Shown in pieces: positions 10,021-18,032 of a stretch of 64,000 nucleotides of DNA. The position numbers were made by a program, and so were the translations under genes. Source of the DNA: Candidatus Omnitrophota bacterium. Lineage in GTDB: Bacteria; Omnitrophota; Gorgyraeia; Gygaellales; Profunditerraquicolaceae. Location: positions 13,751 through 77,750 of the forward strand of contig JBAZGD010000002.1 in NCBI GenBank assembly GCA_041653055.1. Direction: 5' to 3'. The notes beneath the pieces were generated by a model. That model did not search any database. It was not told where the DNA came from and was given only the letters and a program-made list of their open reading frames with translations. The first letter of the stretch is position 1, and each line of letters starts with the position of its first letter.

Positions 10021-10413
10021 TCATATACTCATGCCTTTTGTTTTCTCCAGCTCATACGCGTCAAGAACTCTTTTCTGCAGATACTCCCTGAAACTTTGAG
10101 TTACAGGATGAGCGATATCCTTATGCTCTGACTGAGAAGAACCTGCCTCCCCGATAGTGTTAACCTTTGAGCTTTCAGATAAAGAGCCTGCGCACTGATT
10201 ACAATACTTGCTGCGAAGTTCGTTCTTAAAACCACACTTAGGGCAAGGCTGCTTGACCCTTCTTGAAGGCATAGCGATAAAAAGCCCGCTGGTTCCTTCA
10301 ATAACCTTTATATTCCTTACCACAAAAGAATTGTCAAATGTTACCGTTGCGTAAGCTTGAAGTTTTTTATCGGGCGAATCTTTAAGGGCAATCCTAACCT
10401 CGGTAATCTCCAT
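10021..10413 (-). CDS. spoVG: SpoVG family nucleic-acid-binding protein with an inserted Cys4 zinc-ribbon
   Basis: MEITEVRI…ATVTFDNSFVVRNIKVIEG.SGLFIAMPSRR…DIAHP… matches the SpoVG core. A roughly 45-aa insertion carrying CPKCG…CNQCAG lies between MPSRR and DIAHP. Confidence 0.8.
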   Translation of the reverse strand: MEITEVRIALKDSPDKKLQAYATVTFDNSFVVRNIKVIEGTSGLFIAMPSRRVKQPCPKCGFKNELRSKYCNQCAGSLSESSKVNTIGEAGSSQSEHKDIAHPVTQSFREYLQKRVLDAYELEKTKGMSI

Positions 10414-10447
10414 AAGTTACCCCCTTATCCGGAATAGGCCCCGCTAA

Positions 10448-11314
10448 TTAAGCCGTACTTACCGCAAAAAAACGCCAAGTTTTATATTTCCTCCTTAGGG
10501 CCTCGGCCAGCTTAAGGGCCTTTTTGCGTGAAGGAACAATTCCGAAAACTGCCGGGCCGCTCCCGGACATAAGCACATGGTTTAACCCTAAACTTAAAAG
10601 CAAATCCTCAGCGTGTTTTACTTGCGGATATAATTTTATTGTTACCTGCTCCAGGCTATTAAAGAATAAATTAAAAGCAGGAAGAGCCTCATTTTTAGAC
10701 AATGCTGAAGTTAATATTTTAACATTGCAAGATGGCTTTGTCAACACCGTAAAACTATCCCATTTATCGTATATTAAAGGCGTGGAAACATGTATTTTAG
10801 GCACAATAAGCAGATGCCAAAGCCTGGCCTTATTAAGGCCCTTTATCGGCTCTATTTTCTCTCCTCTGCCGAAACCATAAGCAAAAGGCTTCTCATAAAT
10901 AAAGAAAGGGACATCGCTTCCTATTTTAACGGCAAACTTTGCTAATCTCTTCTTAGAAAGCTTCAGCCCCCATAATTTATTTAAACCCAATAAAACAACA
11001 GCGGCGTTAGAAGAACCCCCTCCCAAGCCTGCACCCACAGGAATACGTTTTATTATTTTTATATCCAGGCCTCTTGAGGGGTAAAATTGATCCCTCAATA
11101 GCTTAGCCGCCTTAAAACAAAGATTGCCCTTACCCGCAGGCAGGCTCCTATCATCAGAGCTGACCCTGATCTCATTGTCTTTGCGTTTTTTTAAGGTTAT
11201 TGAGTCAAAAAGGCTGATTCTCTCAAAGACCGTCCTTACGCTATGGTAGCTATCCAAACGCTTATTGATAACCTGAAGGTAAAGATTTACTTTGGCGAAG
11301 GATTTAAGGTTCAA
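10448..11314 (-). CDS. ispE: 4-diphosphocytidyl-2-C-methyl-D-erythritol kinase
   Basis: GHMP kinase motifs: KVNLYLQV…, PVGAGLGGGSSNAAVVL. 288 aa. Confidence 0.85.
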   Translation of the reverse strand: MNLKSFAKVNLYLQVINKRLDSYHSVRTVFERISLFDSITLKKRKDNEIRVSSDDRSLPAGKGNLCFKAAKLLRDQFYPSRGLDIKIIKRIPVGAGLGGGSSNAAVVLLGLNKLWGLKLSKKRLAKFAVKIGSDVPFFIYEKPFAYGFGRGEKIEPIKGLNKARLWHLLIVPKIHVSTPLIYDKWDSFTVLTKPSCNVKILTSALSKNEALPAFNLFFNSLEQVTIKLYPQVKHAEDLLLSLGLNHVLMSGSGPAVFGIVPSRKKALKLAEALRRKYKTWRFFAVSTA

Positions 11315-11324
11315 TTTTTCTGGT

Positions 11325-12254
11325 TTAGCGAAGCAATTCTTGAGCGGACTTCTCTATATCTAGGCTTGTAAGATTATATTCTTTTAGAAGCTCTGAAGGA
11401 TCCCCTGATTGGCCGAATCTGTTCCTTATCCCCATGCGTATAACCTTAGTAGGATGGTTTCCGGAGACCACCTCATCAATACTTGAAGCAAGCCCTCCGA
11501 TTATAGTGTGCTCTTCACAAACTATGATGCCGCGGGTTTGAGAAGCAGCATTGATAATCGTTTCAGTATCAATAGGCCTTAAGGTGTGCAGGTTTATAAG
11601 ACGGACATTGATTCCTTTTTTGGCTAGATTTTCTACCGCCAGCATGGCCTGATTAACCATTATGCCGCAAGCAATAATTGTTAAATCATTGCCCTCGGTT
11701 AAAACCTGGGCCTTGCCAAATTCAAATACACTTTTGCTTGTTAATGTAGGGACCTTAGGCCTGCCAAGCCTGATATAAAAAGGACCCTTAACATTGGCGG
11801 CAACCCTTATAGCATCTGCGGTCTGCGGCCCATCGCAGGGAACAATAATATTCATATTAGGAATAACCCGCATAAGCGCAAGATCTTCCAGGGCCTGATG
11901 GCTTGCCCCGTCCGGGCCTACGCTTATTCCGGCGTGAGTAGCCACGATCTTCACGTTAAAATTATTATAACAGATGGAATTACGTACCTGATCCCACGCA
12001 CGACCGGAGGCGAATATGGCAAAGGTGGAAAGAAAAACAGTCTTGCCGCAGGAGGCAAGCCCCGCGGCAGCTGCCATCATATTCTGTTCGGCAACGCCGA
12101 AATTGAAAAACCTGCCGGGAAATTCCTTAGCGAATAGGTTAGTACGGGTAGAACTGGATAAATCGGCATCCAGGACTACAATATCCCTGTTATCCCTGCC
12201 CAACTCAACCAGGGCCTGCCCGTAAACATCCCTCTGAAATAATTGCTCTGCCAT
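11325..12254 (-). CDS. transketolase, C-terminal (pyrimidine-binding) subunit
   Basis: …FNFGVAEQNMMAAAAGLA…ATHAGISVGPDGASHQALEDLALMR… is typical of the split-transketolase B subunit. Confidence 0.85.
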   Translation of the reverse strand: MAEQLFQRDVYGQALVELGRDNRDIVVLDADLSSSTRTNLFAKEFPGRFFNFGVAEQNMMAAAAGLASCGKTVFLSTFAIFASGRAWDQVRNSICYNNFNVKIVATHAGISVGPDGASHQALEDLALMRVIPNMNIIVPCDGPQTADAIRVAANVKGPFYIRLGRPKVPTLTSKSVFEFGKAQVLTEGNDLTIIACGIMVNQAMLAVENLAKKGINVRLINLHTLRPIDTETIINAASQTRGIIVCEEHTIIGGLASSIDEVVSGNHPTKVIRMGIRNRFGQSGDPSELLKEYNLTSLDIEKSAQELLR

Positions 12255-12255
12255 A

Positions 12256-13077
12256 TTAAGCCAGTTCCTTTAAGGCTTGCTGAGATTCTTCCTGGGTAGG
12301 GGCACGCCCGTGAAAATCGCAGATATTCTCCATGAAAGAAACGCCCTTGCCCTTAATTGTATGCGCAATAATTATAGACGGCTTGCCCTTGACTGCCCCG
12401 GCTTCTTCATAGGCTGACAATATTTCTTCCATATTATGCCCGTTTATCTCTATGGTGTGCCACCCGAAAGAACGCCATTTATCCACTATCGGCTCCAGGC
12501 TCATGATATTGCATGTTTTACCGTCAATCTGGAAACCGTTGTAATCCAATATTGCGCAAAGATTATCGCATTTATAATGCGCGCTCGCCATGGCTGCTTC
12601 CCAGATATTCCCCTCCTGTATCTCACCATCCCCCATAAGCACGTAAACCCTATAATCCTTCTTATCAATTCTGGCAGCTAAACTAATACCCAAGGCAACC
12701 GATAACCCCTGCCCCAGCGATCCGGAGGCTGACTCTATCCCGGGCGTACGACGGTCAGGATGCCCCTGCAGCAAGGAACCCAGCTGCCTTAAGGTAAAAA
12801 GCTTGTTCTCGGGAAAGTACCCCGTGGCTGATAAAAGGGCATACCATAAAGGACAACAATGCCCTTTTGACATATGAAACCTATCCCGGTCGGGCCATTT
12901 TGGATTCTTGGGGTCATGCCTTAACACAGAAAAGAATAAAGCAGTAATTAAATCCGCCGAAGAAAGGCTCCCTCCCGGATGGCCTGAGCCTGCCTTAGTA
13001 ATCATCTGTATAATTAGCCGCCTTATATTCTTTGCCTTGGCCTCTAAATCCCTGAGATTATCCTTAGTATATTTCAT
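12256..13077 (-). CDS. transketolase, N-terminal (TPP-binding) subunit
   Basis: …GSGHPGGSLSSADL…, GDGEIQEGNIWEA. Split-transketolase A subunit adjacent to the B subunit. Confidence 0.85.
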   Translation of the reverse strand: MKYTKDNLRDLEAKAKNIRRLIIQMITKAGSGHPGGSLSSADLITALFFSVLRHDPKNPKWPDRDRFHMSKGHCCPLWYALLSATGYFPENKLFTLRQLGSLLQGHPDRRTPGIESASGSLGQGLSVALGISLAARIDKKDYRVYVLMGDGEIQEGNIWEAAMASAHYKCDNLCAILDYNGFQIDGKTCNIMSLEPIVDKWRSFGWHTIEINGHNMEEILSAYEEAGAVKGKPSIIIAHTIKGKGVSFMENICDFHGRAPTQEESQQALKELA

Positions 13078-14036
13078 TTCTTAAGGCCTTTCAGCTTTTC
13101 CTCAACCTTTTCCTGGCCGGGGTTAAGCCTTAAAGATTCCTGCCAGTTAATCCTGGCATTTTCCGCGTCCTTCATCTTAAAGTATACATCCCCCAAATGA
13201 TCGAATATAACCTCATCAGGCATTAAAGATGCCGCCCTGATTAAGATTTCCCTTGCTTCCTTAATCCTGCCCTTCTTGTAGAAGAGCCAGCCCAGGCTGT
13301 CTAAATAAGCGCCGTTATCCGGGTCAACCGCAAGAGCCTTTCTGATTAACCCCTCTGCCTCCTTAAGGTTCCTGTTATCCTCTACGTAAGTGTAACCTAA
13401 AAAGTTCAGCGCCTGAGCATAATCAGGTTTTAAGGATATCGCCTTTTTGAGTGCTTCCTCTAAAGAGGCACTCTCCTTAAGTTCGGCGTAAACTACTCCC
13501 AGATAAAAATGTACCTCGGGATCATTAGGCGCAAGTTCCGATATAATGCGGTAGGTATCTTTCGCTTCCTCTATATTCCCCTGCCTGATATACAAACCCG
13601 CTAAGACTTTGTATATCTCTACATCTTTAGGATTAAGCCTTACGGCACCCTTAAGCGCTAACTCGTATTCATTCGCCGCAAGATCAAACTTGCCTTCTGC
13701 CAAATTCAATACGGCCAATAAAGCATGCGGCTCTGAAGCTTCGGGATTAATCTTAACCGCCTGGCTTAACGAATCCCTTGCCCTTTCAATATCGTTTTTT
13801 CTTACCCGGATTAACGCTAAATTAAAATGCGTAAGGTAATTGTCCCAGTCTAGCTTTAAGGCCTGTTCATACTCTTTAATAGCCAGGTCCCATTGTCCCT
13901 TACCGTCGTAATAAAGGGCCATTATATAATGGCTTAAGGGCAAGGAATCTTTTCTATTCGAAGCCAGTGAGGTATTTCCTAAGCCTAGCACAATAAAAAA
14001 CAGGGCCGGGATAAACCAAGAAAACCTCTTAGCCAC
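13074..14036 (-). CDS. secreted tetratricopeptide-repeat (TPR) protein
   Basis: GTG start. Signal peptide MAKRFSWFIPALFFIVLGLGNTSLA followed by repeated approx. 34-aa TPR-like units (AL.LDP.N..A…LG..Y). No catalytic motif seen. Confidence 0.65.
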   Translation of the reverse strand: MAKRFSWFIPALFFIVLGLGNTSLASNRKDSLPLSHYIMALYYDGKGQWDLAIKEYEQALKLDWDNYLTHFNLALIRVRKNDIERARDSLSQAVKINPEASEPHALLAVLNLAEGKFDLAANEYELALKGAVRLNPKDVEIYKVLAGLYIRQGNIEEAKDTYRIISELAPNDPEVHFYLGVVYAELKESASLEEALKKAISLKPDYAQALNFLGYTYVEDNRNLKEAEGLIRKALAVDPDNGAYLDSLGWLFYKKGRIKEAREILIRAASLMPDEVIFDHLGDVYFKMKDAENARINWQESLRLNPGQEKVEEKLKGLKK

Positions 14037-14042
14037 TATTTT

Positions 14043-14144
14043 CTAACCCCAGGCTCTCTTCTTCAGATGGCGAAGCTTACGGCGCATTTTCTTTCTTTTA
14101 TGCGTCTTAATCTTCTGCTTCTTTCTTTTCTTGCCGCAAGGCAT
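14043..14144 (-). CDS. candidate 33-aa hyper-basic small protein (MPCGKKRKKQKIKTHKRKKMRRKLRHLKKRAWG)
   Basis: Not in the ORF track because it is under 60 aa. ATG at 14144 is preceded by AAAGGA at -10 (good SD). The stop lies 6 nt before the GTG start of the TPR gene, which has no SD of its own, consistent with translational coupling. Identity unknown. Confidence 0.3.
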   Translation of the reverse strand: MPCGKKRKKQKIKTHKRKKMRRKLRHLKKRAWG

Positions 14145-14199
14145 TGCTTGGTCCTTTCGTCGCTCGCAGTTTTCAGCTATCGGTTCCCAGATCTTTATC

Positions 14200-14220
14200 T
14201 GACAACTGACAACTGACAAC
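14200..14220. repeat. perfect 3x tandem heptamer TGACAAC (TTGTCAG x3 on the coding strand), immediately 3' of the hisG stop
   Basis: Read directly: ctgacaactgacaactgacaac, abutting the hisG TAG at 14220-14222. About 55 nt upstream of the small basic ORF. Confidence 0.6.
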
Positions 14221-15107
14221 TAATATATAACTTTGTTCAACGGATACTCTATAATCCCTTCGGCACCTGCCTTTTTCAATCCGGGGATTATGGAACGGAC
14301 AACCTTTTCGTCAATAATAGTCTCTATGGCAAACCAGCCATCCTGGGAAAGCCCGGAGATAGTAGGCCTCTTTAACGCCGGAAGGCTGGAAATAACCTTT
14401 TTTAAGTTTTCCTTCCTGACATTCATCTTAAGGCCCACCTTTTCTTCTGCGGCAATCGCCCCTTTTAAAAGAAGGGCTACCTCTTCCATCTTTGACCTTT
14501 TCCAGCTGTTTTTATAAGAAACCTTATTGGCGATAAGCTGAGTGGTCGATTCGCAAAGCGTTGCAATTTCAACCAGCTTATTTGCCCTTAAAGAGCTGCC
14601 GGTTTCAGTCAGCTCAACAATAGCATCAACTAATCCGGAGCTCACCTTGACTTCCGTTGCCCCCCAGCTAAACTCCACATCAACCTTTACTTTATTCTTT
14701 CTAAAGTATTCTTTTGTCACATTGACCAGCTCGGTGGCAATGCGTTTGCCCTGCAGTTGCTTGATAGATTTAATACCGCTGTCAAAAGGAACCGCCAATA
14801 CCCAGCGCACTTTACTCAAGCTCTGTTTTGCATAACTTAAATCCGTGATCCTTGTAATATCCGCCTTGTTCTCCAGGATCCAGTCCTCTCCGGTAATCCC
14901 GCAGTCAAGCGCGCCATCCTGCACGTAACGGGCCATCTCCTGGGCACGCAATAAAACAGGCCTGATCTCAATGTCGTTTATAGAAGGAAAATACGAGCGT
15001 TGCGAAGGCAAAGAAACATTAAACCCCGCCTTCTTGAACATCCTGAAAGTCGCCTCCTGCAAACTACCCTTAGGTAAACCCAGTTTTAATACCCTATTCT
15101 TTTCCAT
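14220..15107 (-). CDS. hisG: ATP phosphoribosyltransferase, long form
   Basis: 295 aa. …[23 protein letters not shown]…, [13 protein letters not shown]. The C-terminal regulatory domain is present. Confidence 0.9.
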   Translation of the reverse strand: MEKNRVLKLGLPKGSLQEATFRMFKKAGFNVSLPSQRSYFPSINDIEIRPVLLRAQEMARYVQDGALDCGITGEDWILENKADITRITDLSYAKQSLSKVRWVLAVPFDSGIKSIKQLQGKRIATELVNVTKEYFRKNKVKVDVEFSWGATEVKVSSGLVDAIVELTETGSSLRANKLVEIATLCESTTQLIANKVSYKNSWKRSKMEEVALLLKGAIAAEEKVGLKMNVRKENLKKVISSLPALKRPTISGLSQDGWFAIETIIDEKVVRSIIPGLKKAGAEGIIEYPLNKVIY

Positions 15108-15181
15108 TTAATATCCTTTTTAATCCCAGTTTAGCTTTTTGGCGGGAATAAACCTTTTTACTTTTCTTAACCCTTGTCGCC

Positions 15182-15194
15182 GGATTAATAATCC
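15182..15194. promoter_or_regulatory. perfect 13-bp palindrome GGATTAaTAATCC in the hisG / ppiD-like divergent intergenic region
   Basis: Read directly (cggattaataatccagcc), about 75 nt upstream of the hisG ATG. Candidate dimeric-regulator operator. Speculative. Confidence 0.2.
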
Positions 15195-15366
15195 AGCCCT
15201 TTCTTAATTTTAACGGTTTTTCTAACACGGGTAATTATTATAACTAGACAGTATTATTTTGTAAAGAGAAAGTTTATCCGGTTTATTTTATAGTTGAAAT
15301 GGAAAAATATTGGCTTATAATGATGGCTAAATGATATAATCGCTGGTTAACCTGGGAGGCCTTACT

Positions 15367-16440
15367 ATGCTTAAGATATTACGCAATAAGAAAACTGCCA
15401 AGAAAATATGGATCGGGCTGGGCCTAATCATAATGCCTGCTTTTATTTTCTGGGGGCTGGGCGGGGCAATTGGGGGCAAGAACGAGAAGAAATACGCCGG
15501 AGAGATCTCGGGCAAAAAGATAACCATCCAGGAGCTTATTGAATCAATTTCGGCTGTCAAAAACACTCTGCTCATGCAATATGGAGAAAACTTCAGGCAA
15601 GTCATCAATGATACCGGCCTAGAATCCCAGGCCTGGCAGAGGTTAGCCTTAACCCAGGAAACCAGGAAAATGAAAATTGAGGTCTCTGACAGAGAGGTGG
15701 TGGAAAGAATTGAAGAACTCCCTTTCTTCCTGCGTAATGGCAAGTTTGATAACCGGCTTTACAATGATCTTTTAAGGTACACCTTTCGCACCCAGCCTCG
15801 CGCCTTTGAAGAACAGACCCGCCAGAATATCGCAATTTTGAAACTATACCGAAAGATAACCGAAAATGTCACTATAGATGAGCAAAAGATAAGGGATAGC
15901 TATGAGAGGGGAAATCAGGAATTTAGCGTTTATTATGTTTCAAGCCTTCCGGCTGATTTCGCAAAGAAAATCAGGCCCAAAGAAAAAGAACTCAAGGATT
16001 ATTTCAGCAAGAATCCAAAGCTGCCCAAAGACAAAATCAAAGAAGCTTTTATTAACGCTGAGGCCTTAAAGAAAGCGGAAGAAAAAATCAACCAATTCGC
16101 CCAAGAACTGAAATCGCGGGAATTCAAACAGGCAGCAAGAAAATGCGGGTTAAAAGTAAGGACAAGCGGATTTTTTAAATTTACGGATAAAATCGAGGGG
16201 ATCGGCGCTTCAGATATATTCTGGAATGCAGCGCGGGACTTAAAGGCAGATAAACCTGGCGCAATTATACGGCTTCCTTCCGGTTTTTATGTAATTAAGC
16301 TAAAGGCTGCTACGGAGATCGATGAAAAGGAATATAATGAAAAGAAAACTGTTATCAAGGAAACCCTGCTTAACCAAAAAAGACAAGAGAAATTTAACGA
16401 ATTCCTGATTGAGCTGGACAAAAAAATAAGCCGGCAATAA
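15367..16440 (+). CDS. periplasmic chaperone of the PpiD/SurA N-domain family, membrane anchored
   Basis: N-terminal TM anchor (KKIWIGLGLIIMPAFIFWGLGG), then a SurA_N-like region (…QAWQRLALTQETRKMKIEVSDREVVERI…). SD GGGAGG 7 nt upstream. Two TATAAT-like boxes upstream. Confidence 0.6.
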   Translation: MLKILRNKKTAKKIWIGLGLIIMPAFIFWGLGGAIGGKNEKKYAGEISGKKITIQELIESISAVKNTLLMQYGENFRQVINDTGLESQAWQRLALTQETRKMKIEVSDREVVERIEELPFFLRNGKFDNRLYNDLLRYTFRTQPRAFEEQTRQNIAILKLYRKITENVTIDEQKIRDSYERGNQEFSVYYVSSLPADFAKKIRPKEKELKDYFSKNPKLPKDKIKEAFINAEALKKAEEKINQFAQELKSREFKQAARKCGLKVRTSGFFKFTDKIEGIGASDIFWNAARDLKADKPGAIIRLPSGFYVIKLKAATEIDEKEYNEKKTVIKETLLNQKRQEKFNEFLIELDKKISRQ

Positions 16441-16466
16441 AAATAAACCCTGCCTTAATATAAGGC

Positions 16467-16649
16467 TTAGCTTATTTTTATTGAGTTAACCGGGCAGGAA
16501 TCCGCAACTTCCTGCAGATTACAGCTTGTGCAGACCTGAGTTTTTACATGCGCGATTCCATCCCCCTGGATCTCAAATACTTCAGGGCATGCCTGCTCGC
16601 ATAAACCGCAACCTACGCAAGTTGAAGCATCAACGCTTACTTTACTCAT
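16467..16649 (-). CDS. small ferredoxin ([4Fe-4S]/[3Fe-4S] single-cluster type)
   Basis: 60 aa with CVGCGLCEQACP…C…CP spacing typical of Thermotoga/Pyrococcus-type ferredoxins. Confidence 0.75.
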   Translation of the reverse strand: MSKVSVDASTCVGCGLCEQACPEVFEIQGDGIAHVKTQVCTSCNLQEVADSCPVNSIKIS

Positions 16650-16657
16650 ATCCTCTC

Positions 16658-17137
16658 CTATCTTTCTAAAAGATTCTCAAACATCTCTTCGTGGTCAATT
16701 TCTTCCGACAGAATATGGGTAATTACCTGGTAGATAACATGCTCTTTACCAAAAGTCTTTTTAGCCAACTTATTATAAACCTCTATTGCCTCTGCTTCTG
16801 CCTCGGAAACAATACGAATGATACGATTGATATCCGCGGTGTTCTTCGGAGGAAGCAGGTAGGGGGCATTAGCATTTTTCTCCAAATCCATAGGGTTAGC
16901 TATGGGGGCATCTCCCAATTTGCTAATTAAATCCGCCAATTCGCCTGCATGCTCCAGCTCATCCTTTGCTAACTTTTCCAAAGCGCTCTTTACCCCATGG
17001 TAATTCTTCCCGGAAACTGTCTGGGCCATATACCAATAAAGATAATAAGCCAACCATTCATCCGCATAGGCCTTATTTAAATCTTTAACCAGCTCTTTTA
17101 AGCTCATCTCTGTTATTGCCCTTGCCTGTTTACCCAT
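16658..17137 (-). CDS. ferritin-like / Dps-bacterioferritin superfamily di-iron protein
   Basis: 159 aa. Paired E…ExxH-like ligand motifs (…DELEHAGELA… and …EEIDHEEM…) in an all-helical context. Confidence 0.5.
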   Translation of the reverse strand: MGKQARAITEMSLKELVKDLNKAYADEWLAYYLYWYMAQTVSGKNYHGVKSALEKLAKDELEHAGELADLISKLGDAPIANPMDLEKNANAPYLLPPKNTADINRIIRIVSEAEAEAIEVYNKLAKKTFGKEHVIYQVITHILSEEIDHEEMFENLLER

Positions 17138-17153
17138 ATTTACCTCCTTGGCA

Positions 17154-18032
17154 TTAAGAAGCTGCTAGTTTCAACCCGTACTTCTTGATATTATTATCTG
17201 CTATATCCTGAATTTTCTTAATCTCTTCGGGATTTTTAAGCAGATGCTTAAACCTGCCCTGGGCCTTCAAGTACTCCTCAACAGGTTTAGGAGTAATCTG
17301 GCGACGGGCAGAGATTATACCGTTTTCATATTCAATCAAGGGATAAAGCCCGGTATCAACCGCGAGCTTTGCTACATCAATAGTACGGTTGCTTTCATGC
17401 CTCCAGCCCAAAGGGCAGGGAACATGCACCTGAATATATTTTGGCCCTTTTATAGAGATAGCCTTCTTAACCTTCCTCTGTAAATCCTGAGGGAATCCTG
17501 CCGAGGCAGTAGCCACGTAAGGGATCCCGTGGGCATTGACAATCTCAGGCACAGGTTTCTTAGGCCTCAAGTTCCCGGAAGAGGCGCTCCCTACAGGACT
17601 AGTAGTGGTATTAGTATCAAATGGCGTCAGGCCGCTACGCTGTACGCCGGTATTCATATAAGCCTCGTTATCATAGCAAACATATAGGATATTATGGCCG
17701 CGTTCCAGCATGCCGGATAAAGCCTGAAGGCCTATATCCGCAGTCCCGCCATCCCCCGCCTGGGCAATAATATTAATCTCATCCCCCTTGCCTAAATACT
17801 TAACCGCGGATTCAACCCCTGATGCGACCGCGGCAGCATTCTCGAAAAGGGAATGAATAAAAGGCACCCCCCAGCTTGTCTCGGGGTATTTTGTGGAGAA
17901 AACCTCAAGGCAACCGGTGTTATTAGCTATTATGGTATTCGTTCCTGCGGCATCAATAACCAAACGCGCTGCCATAGATTGCCCGCAGCCTGCGCAAGCA
18001 GTATGCCCGGAATTAAATAAGGTTTTACTCAT
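17154..18032 (-). CDS. porB: pyruvate:ferredoxin oxidoreductase, beta (TPP-binding) subunit
   Basis: …GHTACAGCGQSMA…, GDGGTADIGLQALSG. Four-subunit POR operon porGDAB. Confidence 0.85.
   Translation of the reverse strand: MSKTLFNSGHTACAGCGQSMAARLVIDAAGTNTIIANNTGCLEVFSTKYPETSWGVPFIHSLFENAAAVASGVESAVKYLGKGDEINIIAQAGDGGTADIGLQALSGMLERGHNILYVCYDNEAYMNTGVQRSGLTPFDTNTTTSPVGSASSGNLRPKKPVPEIVNAHGIPYVATASAGFPQDLQRKVKKAISIKGPKYIQVHVPCPLGWRHESNRTIDVAKLAVDTGLYPLIEYENGIISARRQITPKPVEEYLKAQGRFKHLLKNPEEIKKIQDIADNNIKKYGLKLAAS

Noticed and set aside
9846-10091. 81-aa plus-strand ORF from the track
   Set aside because: It lies entirely antisense over tRNA-Gln (9843-9916) and its flank, with no SD and no recognisable protein signature. 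Spurious.
14199-14229. Plus-strand sigma70 promoter formed by the first TGACAA copy plus TATATA 17 nt downstream
   Set aside because: There is no plus-strand gene to drive; it would only produce antisense hisG RNA. It is more likely a coincidence of the heptamer array with the A/T-rich hisG 3' end. Kept only as a note inside the repeat finding.
16441-16466. Possible bidirectional terminator between the ppiD-like gene and the ferredoxin gene (ATAAG-GCTTAG-CTTAT followed by TTTTTATT)
   Set aside because: Only a 5-bp A/T-rich stem. Too weak to call a terminator with any confidence.
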